DNA from: Candidatus Moraniibacteriota bacterium
GTDB taxonomy: Bacteria > Patescibacteriota > Minisyncoccia > Moranbacterales > DUUL01
Length of the DNA stretch: 64,000 nt
Assembly: GCA_027008775.1 (NCBI GenBank)
Contig: JALVDV010000010.1
Coordinates: forward strand, 32,529-96,528
Direction: 5' to 3'
The notes under the pieces are model-generated. The model was not told where the DNA came from and searched no databases. It worked only from the letters and a program-made list of their open reading frames with translations. Below, in pieces: positions 55,005 to 63,561 of this stretch. A program made the translations under genes and the position numbers. Numbering within the stretch: position 1 is the stretch's first letter; each line of letters begins with the position of its first letter.

Positions 55005-55032
55005 ATTATAGCAGTCGTTGGGGAAAAGACAA
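55005..55032 (-). promoter_or_regulatory. copy B of the duplicated promoter-like segment (TTGTCT-16nt-TATAAT, minus strand) immediately upstream of mntA
   Basis: Identical 28-mer to 52653-52680; the -10 TATAAT lies 6 nt before the mntA ATG. Confidence 0.45.
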
Positions 55033-55077
55033 ATAAAAAACGGGCGAACTACAGTTGTGTAGTTGCCCGTGTTGAGG

Positions 55078-55716
55078 TTAATATTGACAAGCCGGTGTCG
55101 CCGGTAATGTCCACAACTCGAGAGTTTTGACGGGTTTATCCGACCCGTCTTGGACCCCCCAGATTCGGACGGCCGCCGCAGGGATAGCCGCCCGGTAATG
55201 TTCGGGCTCAACCCTGTCACACCGTAGAAAAACTACAGTGGTTGGACTGGAAATCTCCTCGCAAACCTTTACATCGGGAGATTTGTCTTTTACCTCCCAG
55301 TAAGGTTTGCCGATTGGCGCACTGGCGTGCACCTGGATCCCGGAGGAGTGTCGCGGGAAAGGCTTGTCGTCTGTCTCGCGGAATTCCTCCTTTACAACAA
55401 TCCCTCTGTCCCACTGCCAGGCCAAAATCAGCCCCTTTGCTACCTTTGGCAAAGGAGCATAAGGGTTAATGGGAAGGGATACAACCGGGATCCCTGGGGA
55501 CTTGAAAACAAGGTGTGGTCTGTCCAGTCGGTCATCAGGAACTTGCTGGATGTTCACGCCGTCAAAGACGGTGTTGATCTGTTGACAGACCATATCTACG
55601 GCCCACTGGGGGCCGACAAGATCGATCTCGTCAGCCTCACCGTAGGCGAGGACTGACGATGTGGCCACCAGACAAAAAAAACAAAAAAGAAAAAAAGACA
55701 ATATTTTTGATTTCAT
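55078..55716 (-). CDS. hypothetical secreted protein (signal peptide) encoded in a GC-rich segment
   Basis: N-terminal MKSKILSFFLFCFFCLVATSSVLAYG signal peptide and AGGAGGTG Shine-Dalgarno 5 nt upstream. Local GC is roughly 50-70% against a genome background of about 35-40%, from my hand counts of several 60-nt windows. Confidence 0.6.
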   Translation of the reverse strand: MKSKILSFFLFCFFCLVATSSVLAYGEADEIDLVGPQWAVDMVCQQINTVFDGVNIQQVPDDRLDRPHLVFKSPGIPVVSLPINPYAPLPKVAKGLILAWQWDRGIVVKEEFRETDDKPFPRHSSGIQVHASAPIGKPYWEVKDKSPDVKVCEEISSPTTVVFLRCDRVEPEHYRAAIPAAAVRIWGVQDGSDKPVKTLELWTLPATPACQY

Positions 55717-55893
55717 TTTTGCACCTCCTGAAAGTGCGGTTATGTTTCCTTGCCCAAGAGGAAACGATTAAAAGAACTGTTCCGGCGACTGGGCGGTCGC
55801 CGAGGAGCTGTCTGAGGCCAGCCCCGGCCCTTACAAAAAATTTTCCTCACCTCCTTTTTATTTTTTGATTTTTAAAAATTGTCCGCCTCTGCC

Positions 55894-55934
55894 GGGCGGA
55901 AGAAAGGAAAGAATTTCTTTTCTTTCTTCCGCCC
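55894..55934. terminator. long imperfect hairpin (about 18-bp stem GGGCGGAAGAAAGGAAAG/CTTTTCTTTCTTCCGCCC) downstream of the wzz-GT2-PMT gene string
   Basis: Read directly. Not immediately followed by a U-run on either strand, so its role as a terminator is tentative. Confidence 0.35.
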
Positions 55935-56102
55935 AGCAATCTTTGTTTCTCTTCTCAGCGACCTTTGCTTCGGCGTCTTTTTGGGAGAGGAAAATTTTGG
56001 GTACTTTGAATTGTTCTCTTTTATTTCTGGCGGAGGAGAATTTTCATCCGGTTTGAAATCCGGTGGGGAAAAATTTTTGAACGGACTCCTAGTTGGGACA
56101 TT

Positions 56103-56810
56103 TTAGGATAATTTTTCCCGAAGGTCAAACTTTCTCTCTATACTTTTGGCATTGAATTCCAAATAATTGTTGTACTTTTGCCGGCGGGGAGCCAAAATTT
56201 TCTTTTCCGGAAAGAAATAAATAATTGTTCCGGAAATTCCCAAACCCAGTAAAACCGCCAGTAGGACATTCAGCCAAATCTTGGGCCAAGCGGAATCTTG
56301 CGGGGTAATCGGTCCGTCAATTAGCTTGATTTCCACTCGGTCGCCACCACCGTGATATTCCTGTCCGTGTTGGGAAAAGTTCCAAGCAATGGCGCGAGCC
56401 AAGTTTTCCGCTTGTTGGCGATTGTCGGCCAAAACGCTGATTTTCAGAATTCCGGTGTTATTGATCTTTCTGACTTTGACCGTCTTTTGCCAGGATCTTT
56501 TCCATTCCTCCGGATCTTGAGGAAAATTGTTGGTGACGTGAAAAGGTGATTGCAAAATTTCTTGGAAGAAACGATTGGTGTAAAGAACCCGGGAAAAAAT
56601 TTGACTGAGATATTCGGCCGATTTGGTGGCGGAAAAAGCATCCACTTTTTCCGCCGATTGTTTTTGGATAATTAAAACGCTAATCGTGCTTTCGTACTTG
56701 GGCGGAATTATGGCGCTAACGGCAAAAGTTAAACTGGCCAACAACAGAGTGACCAATAAAACAAACTGCCAGTTTTGAAAAAAGTTTTTGAAAAAAGTTT
56801 TTTTAGACAT
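56103..56810 (-). CDS. Wzz-like polysaccharide chain-length determinant / co-polymerase
   Basis: Two TM helices (N-terminal VLLVTLLLASLTFAV, C-terminal LLAVLLGLGISGTIIYFF) flanking a periplasmic domain, with a Pro-rich segment before TM2. Confidence 0.55.
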   Translation of the reverse strand: MSKKTFFKNFFQNWQFVLLVTLLLASLTFAVSAIIPPKYESTISVLIIQKQSAEKVDAFSATKSAEYLSQIFSRVLYTNRFFQEILQSPFHVTNNFPQDPEEWKRSWQKTVKVRKINNTGILKISVLADNRQQAENLARAIAWNFSQHGQEYHGGGDRVEIKLIDGPITPQDSAWPKIWLNVLLAVLLGLGISGTIIYFFPEKKILAPRRQKYNNYLEFNAKSIERKFDLREKLS

Positions 56811-56827
56811 TGGTTCTTTGTTGATTA

Positions 56828-57781
56828 TTATTTGGCTATGGATAAATTATGATTATATTTTTTACGAAAATTGTTTTCCTTTTGGGCCATTCTGGATTCG
56901 CTAATCCGATTCATCATTGTTCTTTGGATAAGCAAACGCAACCTGGCCCGACGACCGCTCAGTTCCAGATATTTTGTTCGGGAAACATAATCTTGAAAAC
57001 CGTACAGTAAGGCAATCATAAAACCGTGACGACCGTCCAAAAACCCCAGACGGAAAACGTACATATAGAGAAAACGCAAGGTGGGCGTGAAAGGCAAAAA
57101 TTGCCAGAGATCTTTGAGATAAGCCTTGAGATAAAAGGGATTTAGAATTTCCCGCCAATTAAATTTTTTCAGTCCTTGTTGGTGAACCTTTAACATATAA
57201 TTGGCTTGGTAGGTGGAATAGCGATTAAATTTTTCAAAGAATTGTTCCAGAGTGCGATCGCTATAATGAAGAATGTCTCCTTTGATATTCTTTATTCTTT
57301 CCTTTGGCAAAACAATGTGGGCATGGACATCACGGTCTTCGTAACGACAAGTCTTGCGAAAAAGGCGGATGTTGTAGAGCGGATAGCGACCGCCCCAACG
57401 CAAAAATTTTCCGAAAAAATAGTGCTTCCTGGCAATGCCGAACCCGTCATACTTTTTTAATTCCGCCGGATTGCGCAAAAGCTTTTCAATGGTTTTTCTT
57501 AATTCCGCTGTGACAACTTCATCACTGTCCAAAAGCAAAATCCAATCGTATTTGGCCTGAGGAATGGCCCAATTCTTTTGTTTGGCGCTGTAGATGTATT
57601 CGTGTTGAACTACTCGGGCGCCCATTTTTTTGGCAATTTGCACCGTCTTGTCTGTGGAAAAAGAATCCACCACAAAAATTTCGTCCGCCCATTGAACGGA
57701 TTTGATAGCTTGCGCAATCAAGTCTTCCACGTTGTAGGTGGGGATAATGACGCTTAATTTTTCTCTCTTACTTTTATTCAT
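56828..57781 (-). CDS. glycosyltransferase family 2
   Basis: LSVIIPTYN and DSDE (DxD) motifs of GT-A fold GT2 enzymes. Confidence 0.8.
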   Translation of the reverse strand: MNKSKREKLSVIIPTYNVEDLIAQAIKSVQWADEIFVVDSFSTDKTVQIAKKMGARVVQHEYIYSAKQKNWAIPQAKYDWILLLDSDEVVTAELRKTIEKLLRNPAELKKYDGFGIARKHYFFGKFLRWGGRYPLYNIRLFRKTCRYEDRDVHAHIVLPKERIKNIKGDILHYSDRTLEQFFEKFNRYSTYQANYMLKVHQQGLKKFNWREILNPFYLKAYLKDLWQFLPFTPTLRFLYMYVFRLGFLDGRHGFMIALLYGFQDYVSRTKYLELSGRRARLRLLIQRTMMNRISESRMAQKENNFRKKYNHNLSIAK

Positions 57782-58079
57782 TCCGGGGTGTTGATTTAAC
57801 TAACAAGCCTAAATTGACCGATTTAGACTTAGCCGTGGAAATTAGCATAGTTTTTTTAATTTGTCAATAGTTGAATTTTGACGTCCCTCTCCCCTGGGAG
57901 AGTTTTTGGGAAAAGGAAAACCCGGAGTAAATAAATCCGGGTTTTAAATTTGAAATTTTGAAAATAAAGTTAAAAATCAAAATTTACCGAGGTGTTGTCT
58001 GAAAACATCTGGGCTACCTTGTTCTCTTCAGTAAATAAAAGTTTCAAAGTAAATCAGATATTTACCGTTTTGTCTCAGT

Positions 58080-59924
58080 TTAGTTTATTTCTTTGCCAAC
58101 CTTATAAATCAAAATAGAAGTGCCGATTTGGGTGATGGGTTTGAGATGGTTTTTAATTATCCAACGGTAGCTTTGATTGTCCGGTTTGTTTTTGTCGTAA
58201 ATGCTGTTCATCAAAAAATTAGCGGAAATGGCATAGTAGCCCGGCTCAATGGGACGACGACTATCCCACCAAGGAATGAATTTGGAGCCAAAACGATAAC
58301 GAGGGTTGTCGCCACCAAAATAATCAATATGGATTTGTTTTATTTCCGGATGATGGTCAAGATATTTTTCCAGTCGTTTTAAATCTTGTCCCCAGTCAGC
58401 GTTGGAGTCGGTGACATAATGATAGCCGTTTTTCGGTCCGCCGACAGTTCGGTTAAAGAAGGATAAATAATAAGGATAGGCGCTGATAGTTTCAATGGCC
58501 AGAAATAATAATACCAGAATGATGCCGGTTTTGTAGATTAGCTTGTGTCTGGAAGATTGAAATAAATTGACAGCTTTTGTTAAAATAAAAGATATTAGAA
58601 TAATGAGAGGCGGAAAAATCGGCAAAAGATGACGAACACCAAGATTGAGATTGCCAGTAATGCTCAAATAGAAGTATAAAGTTGTGTAAGCTAGCAAAAG
58701 CGACAAACTGACCACGATAAAATCAAGGTGCTCTTCTCCCTCTGACCGGACCGAAATTTTTAACCAAGAAAAAATTTGGGAAATGATTTTTGGCGAGAAA
58801 TATAAAACAAGGACAATGCTTAAGAGAAGGAGTGATAAAAAGCCGACTGTTTCTTTTAATAAAAAGACAACCGGAAAATAGGAAGGAAAGGCTTGATTGG
58901 AGACTTGTCCCAAATAGTAAACAGTGTTACCGCCGGACACTCGTTGCAAAACCATGCTCAGGCCAAGGCCGTATTCGGCCAAAGGACGAGTGAATTGACT
59001 TTGGTTTAAATGACTAACGATTTGGTGCTTTACCGATTTAGCCGGCAAATAATAATTGATGGTTTTCTGTAAGAAGGTGTTGTCAGCTCGTCGCACGTTG
59101 GGCCAATAAACCAGCCAGATAACCATAACGGAAAAGACGAATACCAAACCTCCTTTGAATAAATATTTTAACAAAGAGTGGCAACGGAGAACGGCTTTTT
59201 TCTTTGGAGGATCTTTTCTATCTTCTTGAGGGGCCGGTTTTAATAAAGGATAGGCAAACACAACAAGAGTATAAAGAGGTAGTAAGGCAACCGAGGAAAA
59301 TTTGGCCGTGTGAGCTAATCCCAAAAACAGTCCGGCCAAAATAGTGTTCCGCCAACTCGGCTTGACTATAAATTTGGCAAAATAATAGAGAGAAAAAGTG
59401 AGGAAAGCGGCGATGCCGACATCGGTGGTAACCAAATGATTGTGTCCCAAAATGTTCGGATCAAGGAAAAAAATAAGAGCAGCTAAGAGTCCGGCTGTCA
59501 GACCGGCTAATTCCTTGCTCCACTTAAAAATAAACAAACCAAGCAGTAAAGAAATTAAGATAATCGGCAGGCGCGACCAAAAAGCGATTTGATTGGGATT
59601 GTTACCTTCTTGCCAAAGCAAATTATGCCCCGCTTCCCATTGCCCATTAACTTCCTTTTGCCAAAAATCTTTTTCAATATCAAGTTGAGGACGAAAAAAT
59701 AAAAGAGGCAGAGCAGCCAAATCTTTAATGAGAGGGGGATGTTCCGGATTAAGACGCATATCATGAAAAAGCAAATAAGAATATCCGGCCGGAATGTGCG
59801 CCACTTCGTCAAAAGTTAAGGCGTCATTACGGGCATTCAAAATTGATACCGCCACAAAAAACAGTAGGACTCCGATAATGAGCCAACTGTAGTTTTTTGT
59901 AATCTTATTGGTTACTTTTTTCAT
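58080..59924 (-). CDS. GT-C fold glycosyltransferase of the PMT/ArnT type (phospholipid-carrier-dependent, GT39/GT83-like)
   Basis: N-terminal ALTFDEVAHIPAGYSY motif (DE loop) and more than 10 TM helices. Confidence 0.65.
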   Translation of the reverse strand: MKKVTNKITKNYSWLIIGVLLFFVAVSILNARNDALTFDEVAHIPAGYSYLLFHDMRLNPEHPPLIKDLAALPLLFFRPQLDIEKDFWQKEVNGQWEAGHNLLWQEGNNPNQIAFWSRLPIILISLLLGLFIFKWSKELAGLTAGLLAALIFFLDPNILGHNHLVTTDVGIAAFLTFSLYYFAKFIVKPSWRNTILAGLFLGLAHTAKFSSVALLPLYTLVVFAYPLLKPAPQEDRKDPPKKKAVLRCHSLLKYLFKGGLVFVFSVMVIWLVYWPNVRRADNTFLQKTINYYLPAKSVKHQIVSHLNQSQFTRPLAEYGLGLSMVLQRVSGGNTVYYLGQVSNQAFPSYFPVVFLLKETVGFLSLLLLSIVLVLYFSPKIISQIFSWLKISVRSEGEEHLDFIVVSLSLLLAYTTLYFYLSITGNLNLGVRHLLPIFPPLIILISFILTKAVNLFQSSRHKLIYKTGIILVLLFLAIETISAYPYYLSFFNRTVGGPKNGYHYVTDSNADWGQDLKRLEKYLDHHPEIKQIHIDYFGGDNPRYRFGSKFIPWWDSRRPIEPGYYAISANFLMNSIYDKNKPDNQSYRWIIKNHLKPITQIGTSILIYKVGKEIN

Positions 59925-60104
59925 TTTCGTTTTTCTTTGTTTAATGCAGATTAAATTTGCTTATTGTCGTGTTTGTTTTAAGCGCCCCACTCCTTCCTTT
60001 CACTCCCGGACCCTGTCCGGTTTTATTTCTTTTCCGAATCCCCTATCCTCGTTCTTGCTGTTTTCTTTTATTCTTCCATTCTTTTATTCCTTACAACTTG
60101 GGCT

Positions 60105-60132
60105 ATTATGATATTATTGATAATATCATAAT
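60105..60132. promoter_or_regulatory. identical copy of the 28-bp palindrome ATTATGATATTATTGATAATATCATAAT, about 180 bp upstream of the PMT-like gene
   Basis: Exact match to 11771-11798, read directly. Confidence 0.5.
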
Positions 60133-60268
60133 ACTCTAACACCTGTTATAAAAATGCTTGCTGATTTTCGCTCTTTGTTTTGGTTGGTTGGTAAGGCAAT
60201 ACCTGAGAAATTCAATTCTTTGTCTGTCATCATTGTTGTTCGGTATCAACCTGGAAACGCTTCGTCAG

Positions 60269-62011
60269 TTACCAACTTCCTCCGCCACCGCCGCCGAAAC
60301 CGCCACCGGCGCCACCGCCACTAAAACCGCTACCGCCGGAGCTGGCGGAAGAGTAACTGCTGGATAACGAAGAATTGATTGTTGAATTGAAGGAATCCAA
60401 GCTGTTCACTAAGGCTAGGGAATTTAGATTGGCGCTTGCGCCTTCGTACCAGTCGGGGTTTTCCCGGTAAATGTCTTGAAATTGTTTGGCCCATTCTTTT
60501 TCCACACCGAAAATCATAGCGTAGGGTAAAAATTTTTCAAACATTTCCGGTTTCTTTTCCGGAGCGTTGTGAAATTTGATTCTGTCCTTTTCGGCGGTTT
60601 CCAGATAAAGTTTGAAACCGGCCAATTTTTCTTTGATTAAAGCGCCCTTCTTAGTGTAGCGAGGCATAATAAGAGCAAAACCCATAATTATCAAGGCGCT
60701 GAAAATAACACTTAAAAAGCCGGCCAATCCCAGAAAAGACGAAGAGAAAAAGGCGACAAGCATTAAAAAACTGGCAATCCCCATCCATTGACTAACAACC
60801 TTACTCGGCAAATTTTTAAAATAACCCTTTCTTAAAATAGACTTGCCAACTTGTTTCTTTATTTCCGGCAAGTGCCGGTAAAAGTTGTAAGCCAAATTTT
60901 CTGACTTTACTTGTCCATTACTTCCCAAAGAAAAAAGTTTTTCAAAGAGAACCATTTCAGCAATAGACAATTTTTCTTTTGGTTTATTGCCTTGCCCCAG
61001 AAAAACATATTTAGCTTTTTTAAATAAGCCTCCTTTTTCCACCTCTTTGATTTTTAACCAGCCCTTGACCGCCAGTTGAATTAACATGGCCGAAAGAGCG
61101 CTATTCGGCAGATGACCATGCCAGAGAAAAGCGGCTTCACCGACACTTAAGTTATCGGGGATGTCATAGTAAGGAATGATTGTCCCCCGCCCTTTCGGAT
61201 CCTTGCCCTTCTGGCGCCACTGCCAAAACATAAAAATAAAGGTCAGTAGAGGCAAAGAAAAAATACTGTTGTCCTGAAAAAAATACCAAAGCTTTTGCCA
61301 AAAACCTGGTTTTTGAATAACCTTCGGAGGAAAGGCTACAACCACGGTAACTTCCTCACCGGCGGAAATATTCTGACAGTTAAAAACTATTTGATTTTTC
61401 GTTTGACTGACAACGGAGCATAATTCGCCAGAGCCAGGCTCACCTCTAAAAGAAAGCGCTTTTTGGATATCCGGCGCTTGGATTTGAACAGAGACATTTT
61501 GCATATCTTCCAGCCAGTGAGCTCCGGTAACATTCCAATAAAATTCGCTATGATCGGGAAAGTAGTTGATGGCGCGACGAACGAGGTAGGAAATTTGGTA
61601 AGTATGTTCTCCGGAAATTAATTTGTCCGCTTCACCGATTTTTATCTCAATATTTTTTCCTTTTCGTTTCTTTTGCCAATGAGCCGGTTGGCCATCCTGT
61701 AAAACTTTAATATCTGTGATTTTGATGGAACGATGAAAGCCATGTTTGTCTGAATATTTTACCGGGATGAATCTGAAAATTCCGTGTTTTTGCTCGTCGC
61801 CGAAATCATAAATAATTTTTTCCTCTACTAAAACATCGGCATTTTTTTTAATTTTAATATTAGCGGAAAATTGTTTAATCCGGCCATTTCTAATAGAAGC
61901 TTCGGCCTGAGGTATTTTTAAAGAAAAATTATTTTGGAAAAACAACAAACATAATAATCCCGAAAGGAATAATATCGTCAGATATTTTCCGTTAAAAATG
62001 AAACTTGTCAT
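60269..62011 (-). CDS. DUF2207-family membrane protein with a glycine-rich C-terminal tail
   Basis: Signal/TM at N-terminus, extracytoplasmic domain, TM helices near residues 250 and 410-450, C-terminal SSASSGGSGFSGGGAGGGFGGGGGGSW typical of DUF2207. Confidence 0.6.
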   Translation of the reverse strand: MTSFIFNGKYLTILFLSGLLCLLFFQNNFSLKIPQAEASIRNGRIKQFSANIKIKKNADVLVEEKIIYDFGDEQKHGIFRFIPVKYSDKHGFHRSIKITDIKVLQDGQPAHWQKKRKGKNIEIKIGEADKLISGEHTYQISYLVRRAINYFPDHSEFYWNVTGAHWLEDMQNVSVQIQAPDIQKALSFRGEPGSGELCSVVSQTKNQIVFNCQNISAGEEVTVVVAFPPKVIQKPGFWQKLWYFFQDNSIFSLPLLTFIFMFWQWRQKGKDPKGRGTIIPYYDIPDNLSVGEAAFLWHGHLPNSALSAMLIQLAVKGWLKIKEVEKGGLFKKAKYVFLGQGNKPKEKLSIAEMVLFEKLFSLGSNGQVKSENLAYNFYRHLPEIKKQVGKSILRKGYFKNLPSKVVSQWMGIASFLMLVAFFSSSFLGLAGFLSVIFSALIIMGFALIMPRYTKKGALIKEKLAGFKLYLETAEKDRIKFHNAPEKKPEMFEKFLPYAMIFGVEKEWAKQFQDIYRENPDWYEGASANLNSLALVNSLDSFNSTINSSLSSSYSSASSGGSGFSGGGAGGGFGGGGGGSW

Positions 62012-62021
62012 TTTTTAGATC

Positions 62022-62714
62022 TTAATAATGTTTGTGGATGGAAATATCATCTTTATCAATAGTGATGTAAGTGGAAGGAATATCTGTCCAGCAACCGGAG
62101 TTGTAGTACTGGATTTTTTTACTTGTCTTTTTCATTGCTTTATGTGTATGTCCGCAAAAAATGACATCTGCTCCGCGCAAACGTCCGTAGAGCATGGCCC
62201 TTTTGGCTACTTTTTGAGAAGCTCGCAGCCAACCCTTGCTGTTTCGTTTGATAAAACGACTAATTCTTTTATCCCGGAAATCAACTACCTGGATAAAGTT
62301 GTAGATTTTATTTAAGACAAAACTTAAGAAAGCGTTGTTAACCAAGAAGTTGTCAAATTGATGTCCGTGAATAGCCAGATATTTTTTGTCGTTGTAATGC
62401 CAAGTGTAGTGCATATAGGTTTTGATGCCGGTCAGACTAGAAAAAAATTTGGTCAAACCAATGTCATGATTGCCAATGACCCAACGCACTTTTTTCTTTT
62501 TGGACAACTCACTAAACAAAGATAGAAGTTTCCAATCGTCTTCCCCTAGCTCGTTAAAATTCAGACTTTCAAACACGTCGCCGAGCAAAATTAGTTTTTT
62601 GAAGTGAAAATTTTTCACAAAGTCTAGGACCACCGCCGGGCGACTAACCATGGAGCCCAAGTGTAAATCGGAAATAATCAAGGTGTGCGCTCTGTTTTTG
62701 TCTCTTTTTGGCAT
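62022..62714 (-). CDS. calcineurin-like metallophosphoesterase (LpxH-like)
   Basis: Metallophosphoesterase motifs DLHLG, GDVFE, GNHD, GHTH. Confidence 0.75.
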   Translation of the reverse strand: MPKRDKNRAHTLIISDLHLGSMVSRPAVVLDFVKNFHFKKLILLGDVFESLNFNELGEDDWKLLSLFSELSKKKKVRWVIGNHDIGLTKFFSSLTGIKTYMHYTWHYNDKKYLAIHGHQFDNFLVNNAFLSFVLNKIYNFIQVVDFRDKRISRFIKRNSKGWLRASQKVAKRAMLYGRLRGADVIFCGHTHKAMKKTSKKIQYYNSGCWTDIPSTYITIDKDDISIHKHY

Positions 62715-63189
62715 TGTAACGAATTGTTTCTTGATTTATCGCTGGTTATATTGATAACTTTCAATTTCTGTTAATAAACAAGTTGTAAATATCCGCCGGT
62801 TATATCTGTATTATAGTTGTTTTTTTTAATGACGTCTATTCGGATTGTTTTGAAAATCTTATTCTCTTGATTGGTAAACAGCTCAAGAAATATTTTATAA
62901 TTTTAGAAAGTGATTATTTAACAAGTGGAGATTTAATATTGATTTTTAATTTTTCCAGAGAATCTCGGAAAGAAATTCAAAATTAATTTGAAAAACCCTC
63001 CGGTTTTTTGGCTCCACATTTTGCGCTGTTTATTTTTTGTCTCCTCGAAGAATACAAAAGAACGATAATCGAGTTGTATTCGGTTGCACCGGTTGTTTTT
63101 AATTGTATTTTCACGCCAATTAAAGGACAACTTTTTACTAAAACCAAAATACAAACTTTATCACTGTGAGAAGATGGTCAGAAAGAACC

Positions 63190-63217
63190 ATTATGAAATT
63201 ATCAATAATTTCATAAT
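63190..63217. promoter_or_regulatory. variant of the 28-bp palindrome (ATTATGAAATTAT-CA-ATAATTTCATAAT, perfect arms) about 345 bp upstream of smpB
   Basis: Read directly. Same arm architecture as the other copies (13-2-13), with A/T swaps at position 8. Confidence 0.45.
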
Positions 63218-63561
63218 AGATGACAAATGAAGATAATGAAGATTCTTAAGGGGATGAGATGAAATGGAAAATATTGATTTGCAGGCGGGCAACACAATAA
63301 CTCTCTTGGTAAGAAAAAATAATTTAGCAAATAATCACCGACATTGCAGTTGAAATTTTTTATGCGTCTTACAATAAATTTTTACGCGCCAGAATTATTA
63401 TTGTCAGTCGCCAATTAAAATGTTAGGATTGAAACAAGTCACTTCTGGCAAACTTTGCTTTTCTAAGGTTAGAAGAGCTTGTTTGTTGTTTAGTTGCGAT
63501 TTTTTGTTTGTCTGATAATTATTTGTTGTTGAAGTTATTTGTAAAAAGTGATTTTGAGTTT

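Noticed and set aside
55865-56106. Small plus-strand ORFs (55865-56056, 55879-56106) between the GC-rich gene and wzz
   Set aside because: They overlap the long terminator-like hairpin and T/A-rich intergenic sequence. They are short and repetitive, with no start context.
62715-63561. tmRNA (ssrA) adjacent to smpB
   Set aside because: I looked for the tRNA-like 3-prime end (T-arm GGTTCRAATCC...CCA) and a tag ORF ending in ...ALAA-like codons and found neither on either strand. Only palindromes and hairpins are present.
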